The position numbers and the translations under genes are program-made. Below the pieces are notes generated by a model. It saw only the letters and a program-made list of their open reading frames with translations. It made no database searches and had not been told where the DNA came from. From Candidatus Omnitrophota bacterium (GTDB lineage: Bacteria > Omnitrophota > Omnitrophia > Omnitrophales > Aquincolibacteriaceae), in the NCBI GenBank assembly GCA_043732705.1, contig JAYTHE010000002.1:56385-120384 (forward strand): a stretch of DNA of 64,000 bases, written 5' to 3'. Below are positions 9,496-18,966 of the stretch, piece after piece (the stretch's first letter is position 1; every line of letters starts with the position of its first letter).

Positions 9496-9533
9496 CGATC
9501 AACTCCTTGCTCTCAAGTGAATCGAGCGGATTT

Positions 9534-10052
9534 TTAATGATAAAGCGTAGTTTCGAAGATTTCATCGTTGAGCGCGATTCCAATCACATTTTCCATGACG
9601 GAATAAAGCGTAATATGATTCGTTCTTTGAAGGGCATTACTGACTTGCGCAATGAAGCCGGCATCGAAAGATAAAAATTCCAGCCTTTCGCTGTAATCAA
9701 TTTTTCTATCCACCAATTTTTTAAAGACATCCAGCTCGCGTTTGGCTTCTTTTACAATAATGACGCGTGTATTCTTCAATTTTGTAGCGAGCGCTCCGAC
9801 TTTCTTCAGGGCGATTTTCCCGCAATCAATCCAAAGTTTCGGTACACCGTGATCGCCGGGGATCATGAGATCCGGTTTGTAATGCATGTCCGCGCTGACT
9901 TCGACCTTCAGTTCAGTATCGTAGTAAATGAGATAGGAAAGCAGTTTCATTACAACGTGGTTGCGCAGTTCGGAAAGGTCTTTGACGAGAATGATTTTGG
10001 TTTGCGGAGGGATTTTCGGGGCGCAGACTTCGAAAGTAAATTTTTCTATCAT
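9534..10052 (-). CDS. YaeQ-family protein (putative)
   Basis: Weak similarity to the YaeQ fold signature around LWIDCGK...RVIIV. The size is about 170 aa. Confidence 0.4.
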   Translation of the reverse strand: MIEKFTFEVCAPKIPPQTKIILVKDLSELRNHVVMKLLSYLIYYDTELKVEVSADMHYKPDLMIPGDHGVPKLWIDCGKIALKKVGALATKLKNTRVIIVKEAKRELDVFKKLVDRKIDYSERLEFLSFDAGFIAQVSNALQRTNHITLYSVMENVIGIALNDEIFETTLYH

Positions 10053-10106
10053 GCGCGCATTATAAACATGCGCGCAGGTTTCAGGGCGAAAGTTTTCGGA
10101 AAGAAG

Positions 10107-10135
10107 ACTGGATCCCCGCCTCCGCGAGGATGACG
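10107..10135. repeat. REP-like palindromic unit, copy C, in inverse orientation
   Basis: The reverse complement reads GTCATCCTCGCGGAGGCGGGGATCCAGTC, a member of the GTCATCCCCGCG-N-AGGCGGGGATCCAG family. Confidence 0.5.
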
Positions 10136-10157
10136 AGCTTATTAAATTAACGACTCG

Positions 10158-10304
10158 TCAGTTCAGATAAAAAGTCTTAAGCCAGGCGTCATCGTTTTTA
10201 GCCGGATCAATCGGGCGTTTGATCTGAGTCTGGCAGCCCGCGATCTTAAAGCTGTATCTCTTCTTGCCTAAGGCGAAGCCGCGGGATTGTTTTTTCATTT
10301 TCAT
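10158..10304 (-). CDS. Unannotated small ORF (48 aa: MKMKKQSRGFALGKKRYSFKIAGCQTQIKRPIDPAKNDDAWLKTFYLN), translationally coupled to the upstream gene
   Basis: Its ATG overlaps the TGA of the 10305..10706 gene (TGAATG). It is below the 60 aa ORF-track cutoff. Coordinates are approximate to about 2 nt. Confidence 0.25.
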   Translation of the reverse strand: MKMKKQSRGFALGKKRYSFKIAGCQTQIKRPIDPAKNDDAWLKTFYLN

Positions 10305-10706
10305 TCAGTTCTCCTCGGTTAATTGGTTAATTAGGCTGACAAGAACATCGTTAAACTTTCTTACGGCGCGGATTTTTTCGGTGGGATACTTAAAATGAGC
10401 AGGAACTTCGATTTCGAGATTTAAAATGATATCCAAGTCTTGGACGGGATGAAGATAATCGAATTTAATCCAGAAGCGGCTTTTCAAGCGCGGGGCGTAA
10501 CATTCACAAAATCCCTCAGCGGTGCTGAAACCTAAAAAGCGGAAATAATCCCCCTGACAAACCTGCTCACCGTCTTCATAGTGTCTTTTGAAAGCAAGGC
10601 TCTCTACTAGCTTAAGCCAATCTCCGCACTGAGGTATTTCTTCCCGGGTCATAATACCGCCTAGGATACGCAAGCGTGATTTGTTACCAATAAATAAATC
10701 GACCAT
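10305..10706 (-). CDS. Hypothetical protein (133 aa)
   Basis: Clean ORF with no recognisable motif. Confidence 0.4.
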   Translation of the reverse strand: MVDLFIGNKSRLRILGGIMTREEIPQCGDWLKLVESLAFKRHYEDGEQVCQGDYFRFLGFSTAEGFCECYAPRLKSRFWIKFDYLHPVQDLDIILNLEIEVPAHFKYPTEKIRAVRKFNDVLVSLINQLTEEN

Positions 10707-10775
10707 GTCTTATCAAAAATTGAGCCAATTTCATGAAAAATTTAAATTATTTTACAAACCATGTAAAATGCGCGT

Positions 10776-11357
10776 ATGGAAAAGCAAAAGCCACGCTGCG
10801 GTTGGGCCAAAGAAGGGTTGATGCGGCGCTATCACGATGAGGAATGGGGTGTGCCCGTTTATGAAGACCAAAAGCAGTTTGAATTCTTGATCCTTGAAAG
10901 TGCGCAGGCCGGTTTAAGCTGGTCTTGTGTGCTTAATAAGCGTGAAAATTACTGCAAAGCTTTCGCCGGCTTTAATCCTAAAAAAGTGGCGCAGTTTGGC
11001 GCCGCGGATGTCAAAAAACTTTTAAATAATGCCGGAATTATCCGTAACTGTCTCAAAATTGAAGCCGCGATCAATAATGCCAAGCGTTTTCTTGAAATTC
11101 AAAAAGAATTCGGTAGTTTTTCAAATTATATTTGGCCTTTTGCCGCGAAGCTCAAATCCAAACCGCTTAAAACTTTGAAAGATTTACCGGCGATGACAGC
11201 TGAGTCAGAAACTTTGACCAAAGATATGAAAAAACGCGGATTCAAATTTTTGGGCGGAACGGTGCTTTACTCGCATATGCAGGCCGTCGGTATGGTGAAT
11301 GACCATTTGGTTTCTTGTTTCCGGCATCGAGAGATCAAGCAATTATGGAAAAAATGA
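10776..11357 (+). CDS. tag: DNA-3-methyladenine glycosylase I
   Basis: RCGW...YHDEEWGVP...[15 protein letters not shown] is the Tag family signature. Confidence 0.85.
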   Translation: MEKQKPRCGWAKEGLMRRYHDEEWGVPVYEDQKQFEFLILESAQAGLSWSCVLNKRENYCKAFAGFNPKKVAQFGAADVKKLLNNAGIIRNCLKIEAAINNAKRFLEIQKEFGSFSNYIWPFAAKLKSKPLKTLKDLPAMTAESETLTKDMKKRGFKFLGGTVLYSHMQAVGMVNDHLVSCFRHREIKQLWKK

Positions 11358-11641
11358 CAAGCGGTCCGGGATGGTCTCTGTCTTCCGATGACGAACCTAA
11401 GCCGGTTAAAAAAGCCAATCCTGATTCTCCCAAGCCCCAGATTCGATTGGAAAAAAGAGCCGGGAAATATGTTACGGTGATTGCGGGTTTGCATACTTAT
11501 GGCTCAGACCGGTTGAATACAATTGCCAAAGAATTAAAATCGCTTTGCGGTTCCGGTGGAACTGTTAAGGACGGGGTGATTGAAATTCAAGGCGATAAAG
11601 TAAAAGTTATTCAGGCCTGGTTTCAAAAGAATATCAAGTAG
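11345..11641 (+). CDS. yciH: SUI1/YciH-family translation initiation factor
   Basis: [16 protein letters not shown]...[17 protein letters not shown] is the SUI1 domain signature. The preferred start MEKMTSG overlaps the end of tag. Confidence 0.75.
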   Translation: MEKMTSGPGWSLSSDDEPKPVKKANPDSPKPQIRLEKRAGKYVTVIAGLHTYGSDRLNTIAKELKSLCGSGGTVKDGVIEIQGDKVKVIQAWFQKNIK

Positions 11642-12512
11642 AAGGCATTTTGAGCAAGTGTCCGAGCTGTTCTTTATCTTGCTCAGAATCATCAGTTTGA
11701 GAATCCGATGACTGCGCCGCTTTGGCAGCGAGCCCCTGCATGTCTGCGGGCGCTTTTGACAAAGAGCTTTTTTCTGTAGCCGCAGCGCCTTGCTCAACGT
11801 GTATTTTGCCCTTTTCATCGATCATAAAATGACTGGATTTATCCGCGCCTTGAATGGGATCGGCATACACTTGGGCTCCCTGGTCGGTTGCTTCGACTCG
11901 AAAGCGGTAACCATTTTTGCCGTCTTTATAACTCGGATCGACTCCGCCTTCTTTAATTAACCTGTCCAAGTTTAACTTTTTTGTTCCGCCTTCTTCCATG
12001 GCGATGGCGGTTGCCTGGGAATGAAGATTGCGAAGGTCAACCATGACCGAAAGTTCAGAAGCATAATTTTTTAATGCGCCAAGATCAAGGCCTCCGAACA
12101 TTTTTTTTAATTGCTCCAAGGGGTCCAAAGACGACGCGGAAGCGGGAGGTGCGGCTGGAAGAGACGCTGCTTGCTGCATTAGCGGCAGCGGTTGAACCGG
12201 GGCCGCCGGTGCGGGAACTGCGGCAGGATGATTGCCGCCTTTAATGCGCTGCTCGGAAATTTTCCCCGCGGCATCTTTTACAAAAATCCGGTCCTGTTTG
12301 ACTTCCATGACTTGATAGCCCTGGTATTGTTCGCCTTTTTTATAAATATTTCCGTCAATGACGGCAAAGGACTGAGAGGGATTTTTGGATTCATAGACGA
12401 TACCTTCGACCGGAAGAGCTTCGTCTACCGCGTAAGATTTTTCCGTAAGGGGAAAAATGACAAGGATGGCGGCCGCGCACAAGAATAAACATGGGTTGTT
12501 AGAACATTGCAT
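11634..12512 (-). CDS. Secreted hypothetical protein with a Pro/Ala-rich linker, possibly pilus or secretion related
   Basis: Signal peptide [28 protein letters not shown]. The track ORF extends to 12551 and the inner ATG is preferred. No firm family assignment. Confidence 0.4.
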   Translation of the reverse strand: MQCSNNPCLFLCAAAILVIFPLTEKSYAVDEALPVEGIVYESKNPSQSFAVIDGNIYKKGEQYQGYQVMEVKQDRIFVKDAAGKISEQRIKGGNHPAAVPAPAAPVQPLPLMQQAASLPAAPPASASSLDPLEQLKKMFGGLDLGALKNYASELSVMVDLRNLHSQATAIAMEEGGTKKLNLDRLIKEGGVDPSYKDGKNGYRFRVEATDQGAQVYADPIQGADKSSHFMIDEKGKIHVEQGAAATEKSSLSKAPADMQGLAAKAAQSSDSQTDDSEQDKEQLGHLLKMPST

Positions 12513-12665
12513 ATATTTTATTTCGACTTCCCCTATAAAAACATGACTCACTAAAAGTGTGCCGTTATCTTATAAATATTAAAAGGGTAGAAGCATTGTT
12601 TTTGCTTTCGTTTTAGAATAGGAAAGTTAATAAATTTTTTGAAAAACTTATTTAAGGACAGAAAA

Positions 12666-13586
12666 ATGGTGAAGGGGCTTACGGTATCAATTCTTTTGGG
12701 AGCGCTATTTTTTCAAGGCTGCGCATCGCAGGCTGGATTTTCAGAATCTTTTCCCAGGCGTTTAACGGAAACTCAAAATGTTTGGTATTACCGGAGTCGT
12801 GGAAATCCGGGTATGTCGCCATTTTCAAATCCGGGTGCTGTTGGCTATCAAGATGGGTTGATGAGCTTGCAGCAAGTTTTAGATCGCTTGGTTTATGTTT
12901 CACCTTTGAGGGGTTATTCGATTAAACTCGCTGTGGTGAATGATTCGAAAGTGAACGCTCATACGGATGGCTCAACGATTTATTTGAATTCGGGCCTTTT
13001 GACAGCGTTTCGCTATCACGATGACTTAGTGGCTTCAGTGATGGCGCATGAGCTCGGGCATATTCTCGCGAATCATCAACTGGAAGGGCAAAAGCGCGGT
13101 TCATCGCTAAGCTACCTGGGTTATTTAACCCCCGCTTTAGGTATTTTGCCCTACGGAAATTTGTATGGAAGTCTTGCCGGAACGGCTGTTCAGCAAGGCG
13201 CCCAAATGCGGCAATATTCTTATGACCGGCTTCAGGAGAATGAAGCGGATGCCATAGGTGTTTTTTTAGCGACGGATGCGGGCTACAACGGCATGGGGCT
13301 GAGCCAATTTTTTGATTATGTCGGCAGTTCAAGTTTTTCAACCCCCAGAAACTTATCGATTCCCACGAGCCTCAGCTCCATTCCTCAAAGCGCGGCAATT
13401 ACCTTACTGAGCACAAGCCCGCTTTATCAAACCCATCCGCGTTCCGCAAAGCGGAAAGAAATCGTGGAGCTTGTATTAAAAAGAAAAAAAGGTTTGATTA
13501 CCCAAGAACAGCTTCGGAAGCAGTCCGCATGGGTGGCCGATCTTTATGAAACGCTTGAAAGAAAGGTTCCCAAAACAGGCCGCTAA
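12666..13586 (+). CDS. M48-family zinc metallopeptidase lipoprotein
   Basis: Lipobox FFQGC, an HELGH HExxH zinc motif and a downstream ENEAD third-ligand region typical of M48 peptidases. Confidence 0.7.
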   Translation: MVKGLTVSILLGALFFQGCASQAGFSESFPRRLTETQNVWYYRSRGNPGMSPFSNPGAVGYQDGLMSLQQVLDRLVYVSPLRGYSIKLAVVNDSKVNAHTDGSTIYLNSGLLTAFRYHDDLVASVMAHELGHILANHQLEGQKRGSSLSYLGYLTPALGILPYGNLYGSLAGTAVQQGAQMRQYSYDRLQENEADAIGVFLATDAGYNGMGLSQFFDYVGSSSFSTPRNLSIPTSLSSIPQSAAITLLSTSPLYQTHPRSAKRKEIVELVLKRKKGLITQEQLRKQSAWVADLYETLERKVPKTGR

Positions 13587-13672
13587 CTTGATGAGTTTTC
13601 AATGTTGAAGGAATGTGTGGTTTCGTTTATCTTCGGCAGAAGCGTTAGCCCGCGCAATCGTGTATAATTTAG

Positions 13673-15256
13673 TTGGAAATACGAAATAATGAGGTTCCTG
13701 TGAAGCATTTGCCGACAGCATCGGAGATTCCGGATTTTAGAACCCTCTTTGAATCCGCCCCGGGATTATATCTCGTCCTCAATCCCGATTTGACGATTAT
13801 CGCTGTCAGCGATAATTATTTGCGCGCGACCATGACCGAGCGTGTAAAAATCCTCAACCGGAATCTTTTTGAGGTTTTTCCCGATAATCCGGATGATCCC
13901 AACGCGACCGGCGTGCGGAATTTAAAAGCTTCTTTGGAGCGCGTCTTTAAAAACAGAATTCCCGATAAGATGGCTGTTCAAAAATACGATATTCGCCGTC
14001 CGGAATCGGAAGGCGGAAAATTTGAAGAAAGGTATTGGAGCCCGTTGAATACGCCTGTTTTTGAAAAGGGGCGCAAAGGTATCGCCTACATCATTCATTG
14101 CGTGGAAGACGCGACGGAACTTGTTCGCTTGAGGCGGCACGGTGATGAACAGAAAAAATGGGCCGCTCAAAAATTCCAAAGTCTTCTCGATGCCGCGCCG
14201 GATGCGATGGTTATTATGAATCGCGACGGAGGAATTGTGCTTATGAATGCGCAATGTGAAAGTATTTTTGGGTTCAGACACGATGAATTGTTTGGAAAGC
14301 GAATAGAGGTTTTAATTCCCAATTGGTATCACTCTCAGTATTTCGGCCGGGGCGAAGACAATTTTTCAAATTTTCAAGCTTCGTCCACGCGACTTGATAC
14401 GGATCTTTCCGCTCTGCGTAAGGATCAGACGGAGTTTCCGGTGGAAATTAGTTTAAGTCCGCTGACGACAGAAGAAGGAACGCTTGTGATAGCTGCAATT
14501 CGTGATATCACGGAAAGGAAAAAAGCGGAAAAGATGATTCTTCAAAAAACAGCGGACCTTGTGCGCTCCCAATCGGAGCTGGACCAATTGGAGCTATTTG
14601 CTTTCGCCGCCACGCATGATTTACGAGAACCTCTGCACAAGATTGTTACGTTGGGAGACCTCTTGGATATTCATAGCGGAATGCTTCTCGATGAAAATGG
14701 AAAAAACTACCTTATGCGGATGCGTGTTGCCGCCAAAAAAATGGCGGAAATGTTCGATCAGCTGCGAACTTTATCTCAAATTGTGGCGGGCGGGCATTCT
14801 TTCGAGCCCCTGGATTTACAAAACATCATTCGCGAAGTAGTTGCGGATTTAGATGTCCGCGTGATGGAGGTTAGAGCGAAAATTGAAGTGGGAAATTTTC
14901 CCAAAGTCAAAGCGGACCCGACTCAAATGCGGCAGCTCTTTCAAAATTTGATTGCGAATGCCTTAAAATTCAGAAAAGAGAACGAGCCTTTAAAGATTGC
15001 AATTGAAAACTTTGAAGCGGGTCAAGGATTTATTGGAATTGCCGTGAAAGATAACGGCATTGGGTTTGACGAAAAGTATTTAGGGCGAATTTTCAAGCCT
15101 TTTCAAAGATTGAATTCCACGGGAGCCTACGGCGGAAGCGGAATAGGTCTGGCGATTTGTCATAAAATAGTTTTACGCCATGGTGGACAAATTACGGCGC
15201 AAAGCGCTCCCGGGCAGGGAACAGTTTTTTTTGTGAGCTTGCCGAGCCATAGTTAG
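13673..15256 (+). CDS. PAS-domain sensor histidine kinase
   Basis: PAS segments, an H-box ATHDLREPLHKI and an ATP-binding G-box GGSGIGLAICHKIV. Confidence 0.8.
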   Translation: MEIRNNEVPVKHLPTASEIPDFRTLFESAPGLYLVLNPDLTIIAVSDNYLRATMTERVKILNRNLFEVFPDNPDDPNATGVRNLKASLERVFKNRIPDKMAVQKYDIRRPESEGGKFEERYWSPLNTPVFEKGRKGIAYIIHCVEDATELVRLRRHGDEQKKWAAQKFQSLLDAAPDAMVIMNRDGGIVLMNAQCESIFGFRHDELFGKRIEVLIPNWYHSQYFGRGEDNFSNFQASSTRLDTDLSALRKDQTEFPVEISLSPLTTEEGTLVIAAIRDITERKKAEKMILQKTADLVRSQSELDQLELFAFAATHDLREPLHKIVTLGDLLDIHSGMLLDENGKNYLMRMRVAAKKMAEMFDQLRTLSQIVAGGHSFEPLDLQNIIREVVADLDVRVMEVRAKIEVGNFPKVKADPTQMRQLFQNLIANALKFRKENEPLKIAIENFEAGQGFIGIAVKDNGIGFDEKYLGRIFKPFQRLNSTGAYGGSGIGLAICHKIVLRHGGQITAQSAPGQGTVFFVSLPSHS

Positions 15257-15275
15257 CAAAGAAAGGTAGGATTGA

Positions 15276-15722
15276 ATGGTCAATAAAAAAAAACCAATTA
15301 TTTTAATGGCGGAAGACGATGACGACTTTTACACCCTGTTTAAAGAGGCATTTAAACAGTTGGATTCGGCCGGCGAAATCCGGCGTGTTGAAGACGGAGA
15401 AGCCCTGATGGATTATCTTCTGCGGCGCGGAGAATATCAGAACCCGGATCTGTCACCCGCACCCGGAATAATTTTTTTAGATTTAAACATGCCGAAGAAA
15501 AACGGCCTTGAAGCTTTGAGAGAAATTCGCTCGAACCCAGCACTCAGAAGCATTCCGGTAGTTATGCTCACGGTTTCTAATAATAAAAGCGATGTCCTTC
15601 TCAGTTACAAACTTGGCGTGAATTCTTTCGTGACCAAGCCCTACGAATTCAACCGGCTCGTTGAGGTGCTAAAAGTTTTTCAACAGTATTGGTTTGAAAC
15701 AGTTGAACTTCCCGGGGCGTAG
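15276..15722 (+). CDS. Single-domain response regulator (CheY-like receiver)
   Basis: Receiver domain with the phospho-acceptor context IFLDLNMP. Confidence 0.8.
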   Translation: MVNKKKPIILMAEDDDDFYTLFKEAFKQLDSAGEIRRVEDGEALMDYLLRRGEYQNPDLSPAPGIIFLDLNMPKKNGLEALREIRSNPALRSIPVVMLTVSNNKSDVLLSYKLGVNSFVTKPYEFNRLVEVLKVFQQYWFETVELPGA

Positions 15723-15769
15723 CGTTTCAATTTTTTTATGGATGGCCTCTTATTGAAAGGATTGCAATT

Positions 15770-16645
15770 GTGAAAAGTGAAAAAGGCACCATTTTAGTCG
15801 CGGATGATGAAAGAGATGTTTTGACAGGCTTAGTTCATATTCTTGAAAATGTCGGATATGAGGTTTATACGGCATCAAACGGGAATGAAGCGCTTCAAAA
15901 AGCAGCCGAGTTTTCGCCGGATCTCATTTTGCTTGATGTTCTTATGCCCGGCATGGATGGCAAAGAAGTTAAAGCCAAGTTGAATGATGATCCCGGCCTT
16001 GCTGAAACCCCGGTTATTTTTCTCAGCGCAAAAAAAGCAACGAATGATAAGTTAGACGGATTTTTGCTCGAAGCCGAAGATTACATTACCAAGCCTTTTG
16101 AGGTCGTGGAGCTTTTGGCGCGTGTTCGGTCTGTTCTTCGCCGCCGCCGGCATTATGAAGAAATTTCTATGACCGATGGTTTGACCGGGCTTGCCAATGT
16201 TCACCTTTTGAAGCGCGAGTTGAACCTGTTCTTTAATATCGCAAAACGCTACAAACATTTTTTTTCAATCGTAGTTTTTGATATCGACAATTTTAAGGTT
16301 ATCAACGACAGTTTTGGCCATCGTGCCGGAGACGAGGTCATTAAGTGGGTGGCGGTTTCGCTTAAGGAATGTTTGCGGGAAGCCGATTTGGTTGCGCGCT
16401 GCGGCGGCGATGAGTTTGTCGCACTTTTTCCGCATACGGCGGGCAAGCAGGCTGAAGTACCGCTTCTCCGTTTCCGTGAAGTATTAAAAAAAGGATTGCA
16501 GCTTGCAGGGAAAAGCCAAGTGATCACCGTTTCAGTCAGTGCCGGGATCGCGGTTTACAATCCGGATATCCAAAAAGCCTGGGACCTTTTTGAATCAGCT
16601 GATAAAGAAATGTACGTCGAAAAAGCTGCGAAAAAAGTTCAATAA
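15770..16645 (+). CDS. Response regulator with a GGDEF diguanylate cyclase output domain
   Basis: N-terminal receiver (LLDVLMPGMDG) followed by RCGGDEF. Confidence 0.8.
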   Translation: MKSEKGTILVADDERDVLTGLVHILENVGYEVYTASNGNEALQKAAEFSPDLILLDVLMPGMDGKEVKAKLNDDPGLAETPVIFLSAKKATNDKLDGFLLEAEDYITKPFEVVELLARVRSVLRRRRHYEEISMTDGLTGLANVHLLKRELNLFFNIAKRYKHFFSIVVFDIDNFKVINDSFGHRAGDEVIKWVAVSLKECLREADLVARCGGDEFVALFPHTAGKQAEVPLLRFREVLKKGLQLAGKSQVITVSVSAGIAVYNPDIQKAWDLFESADKEMYVEKAAKKVQ

Positions 16646-16695
16646 AGACCGACGTGGTTTTTTTGCGCTTGTCCGGCAGCAGTTTAATGCTCTGC

Positions 16696-16701
16696 TATAA
16701 T
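16696..16701 (+). promoter_or_regulatory. -10 box (TATAAT) positioned 7 nt upstream of a leaderless mini-ORF
   Basis: TATAAT-gcccgcc-ATG. The same arrangement occurs at 33132 as TAGAAT-gcgcgc-ATG. Confidence 0.4.
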
Positions 16702-16708
16702 GCCCGCC

Positions 16709-16813
16709 ATGAATCCCGTTAGAAAATTAAACAATAAGGCGTGGGCAGGTTTGCTCAAATTTGTGGCAAATAGATTGTCTTTAGAGAACAATAATTTTTT
16801 GAGGAGTTTCTAA
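16709..16813 (+). CDS. Leaderless mini-ORF (34 aa: MNPVRKLNNKAWAGLLKFVANRLSLENNNFLRSF), a paralogue of the ORF at 33144..33236, ending 4 nt before the next gene
   Basis: The N-terminus ATGAAYCCCGTTAGAAA is conserved at nucleotide and peptide level, and both copies end in NF-stop inside TTTCTAA. The ends are complementary (CCCGTTAGAAA / TTTCTAACGGG). Confidence 0.4.
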   Translation: MNPVRKLNNKAWAGLLKFVANRLSLENNNFLRSF

Positions 16814-16817
16814 CGGG

Positions 16818-17834
16818 ATGAATTCTTTACCTTGGAAGCGCATGAAAGAAGACAAGCTGATGAATGAAACCATCAGTCGCCTTGGCCTTCAAATCGCAGG
16901 TTCGGCGCTTGAGCCTTTGATCGCGCGATTGTACGCGGATCTTGCCGCAAAAAACCTCAGTTTTAACCCGCCTTGTTTTTTAGCCGATGAATGGTTTTGT
17001 CCGGTGGGGGTGCCTGCGATTGGAATTCCATTTTATTTGGCAAGCCCGCGTTTGCGCAAATTGGAGAAAAAAATGATTCTCGAAGTTGAGGGTGGTAGTA
17101 CGACAGAGTTTATGAAGCTCATGCGTCATGAAGCCGGGCATGCTTATTCTTATGCTTATGGACTTTACCGTAAACCTGCTTGGCGGGCTTTGTTTGGATC
17201 GGCCGCAACAGAATATCCTGATACTTATCATCCGCGCCCGTACAGCAAAAGCTACGTGATTCACCTTGAGAATTGGTATGCGCAAAGTCATCCGGACGAA
17301 GATTTTGCCGAAACCTTCGCGATTTGGTTAACGCCGGGCTTGAATTGGCGCAAGCGCTACAAAGGTTGGAAAGCGCTCAAGAAACTTGAGTTCGTGGATA
17401 AACTTATGAAAAGTTTGCATGGTAAGGTGCCTGTCTGCCTGCCGAAATCTGACTTACGTGAATTCGCGGGGCTGAATATGAAGCTTAAAACTTATTTCAA
17501 ACAAAAGATGAAGTTATACGAAGATACCTATCCGCATTTTTATGACCGTGATTTGAAATCGCTTTTTACGGATAAAGAAGAAGAGCGTTCTGCGGTGAAA
17601 GCTGCGGATTATTTGGGCAAAGCCAACGATAAGCTGGTGCGTGCGGTTGCATATTGGACTAAAGAAAAACGCTATACGATCGATCAGTTAATGAAGCGGC
17701 TTGTACGCCGCGCGGGAGAATTGGGGCTTTATGTCAGGGAAGGGCAGCAAAATACCGACATGCAGGCCTCGGCCTTCGTCTCAACACTTGTTTCAACCTA
17801 TCTTTTTACTGGAAAGTTTAAACGATCCAAATGA
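16818..17834 (+). CDS. Putative zinc-binding metallopeptidase-like protein (HEAGH motif)
   Basis: HEAGHAYSY HExxH motif. It is paired with an ATP-grasp gene downstream. Confidence 0.5.
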   Translation: MNSLPWKRMKEDKLMNETISRLGLQIAGSALEPLIARLYADLAAKNLSFNPPCFLADEWFCPVGVPAIGIPFYLASPRLRKLEKKMILEVEGGSTTEFMKLMRHEAGHAYSYAYGLYRKPAWRALFGSAATEYPDTYHPRPYSKSYVIHLENWYAQSHPDEDFAETFAIWLTPGLNWRKRYKGWKALKKLEFVDKLMKSLHGKVPVCLPKSDLREFAGLNMKLKTYFKQKMKLYEDTYPHFYDRDLKSLFTDKEEERSAVKAADYLGKANDKLVRAVAYWTKEKRYTIDQLMKRLVRRAGELGLYVREGQQNTDMQASAFVSTLVSTYLFTGKFKRSK

Positions 17835-17859
17835 GGGTGAGGGATTTATCTCGATCCAC

Positions 17860-17885
17860 TCATCCCCGCGAAGGCGGGGATCCAG
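17860..17885. repeat. REP-like palindromic unit, copy A
   Basis: TCATCCCCGCGAAGGCGGGGATCCAG: an 8 bp stem ATCCCCGC/GCGGGGAT with a GAAG loop. Confidence 0.5.
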
Positions 17886-17946
17886 GATGAACTATTACAT
17901 ATGCTTGAATTGAAAAAAATCTGGGATTGTTGATGAGGGGTCTTTT

Positions 17947-18966
17947 ATGAAGACGACACCGCGGGTTTTGGTTGCTTTCAATACGCTTTCCGCGTTTCCT
18001 CCCGATCAAGACTATACCGACGAATTGAAATTGCCGGATTGGCAGACGGAAGCGCATGTTGTGGCTGCTTTGCGCGAACTCGACTTTCCTTTTGAATTAC
18101 TTGGAGTCTATGACGACACATCGGTCTTTCAGAAAAAAATAGAATCTTTTAAGCCGGATGTCATTTTTAATCTGGTTGAACGTTTTAAAAACAGCGCGGC
18201 GCATGAAGCTGATATTGCCGCTTTTTTAAGGCTTACCGGCGTGCCTTTTACGGGTTGCGGCGCGACGGCGATTACATTGTGCAAAAATAAAGGCCTCGCG
18301 AAGCAAATTCTTTCGCATCACCGCATCCGCGTTCCGCAATTCGTCATCCTGCCGTTTAAAAAGAAAGTGCATCGGCCCAAGCGTTTAACTTTCCCGATTT
18401 TCGTGAAACCTTTAAAGGAAGAAGCTTCGGTTGGAATTTCACAGGCTTCCGTTGTGGATAATGACGATCAATTTTGCGAACGCGTGCAATTTTTGCACGA
18501 CACACTGAATCAAGATGTGATCGCGGAACAATTTATTTCGGGCCGTGAAATCTATGTTGGAATTATCGGCGATGACCGTCTCGAGGTTTTTCCGTTCCGT
18601 GAAATGGTTTTCTCGAGGGTTGATGATGAAGATCCTAAGATCGCGACTTACAAGGCTAAATGGGATGAAACTTACCGCAAAAAATGGGGTATTAAAAATA
18701 AGTTCGCGGATGATATTTCTCCGGCGCTTGAGGACAAAATTAAAAAATTGTCGAAACGCATTTACCGCGCGCTTGGAATTCGCGGCGCAGCGCGCCTTGA
18801 CTTGCGGTTAACATCCGAGGGCGAAGTTTTTTTTATCGAAGCGAATCCGAATCCGATGCTCGCGAAAGATGAAGATTTTGCTTTATCCGCGCAGAAGGCG
18901 GGGTTAAGTTATCCTGAATTAATACGGCGCCTAATTAACCTGGCGCCGGCCGAGGAAGAAGCATGA
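17947..18966 (+). CDS. ATP-grasp family protein (D-alanine--D-alanine ligase-like)
   Basis: ATP-grasp fold motifs, ending ARLDLRLTSEGEVFFIEANPNP. Confidence 0.7.
   Translation: MKTTPRVLVAFNTLSAFPPDQDYTDELKLPDWQTEAHVVAALRELDFPFELLGVYDDTSVFQKKIESFKPDVIFNLVERFKNSAAHEADIAAFLRLTGVPFTGCGATAITLCKNKGLAKQILSHHRIRVPQFVILPFKKKVHRPKRLTFPIFVKPLKEEASVGISQASVVDNDDQFCERVQFLHDTLNQDVIAEQFISGREIYVGIIGDDRLEVFPFREMVFSRVDDEDPKIATYKAKWDETYRKKWGIKNKFADDISPALEDKIKKLSKRIYRALGIRGAARLDLRLTSEGEVFFIEANPNPMLAKDEDFALSAQKAGLSYPELIRRLINLAPAEEEA

Noticed and set aside
17701-18057. ORFs 17701..17913 (+) and 17860..18057 (-) spanning the REP unit
   Set aside because: They overlap the 3' end of the metallopeptidase-like gene and the REP hairpin. 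No coding signal.
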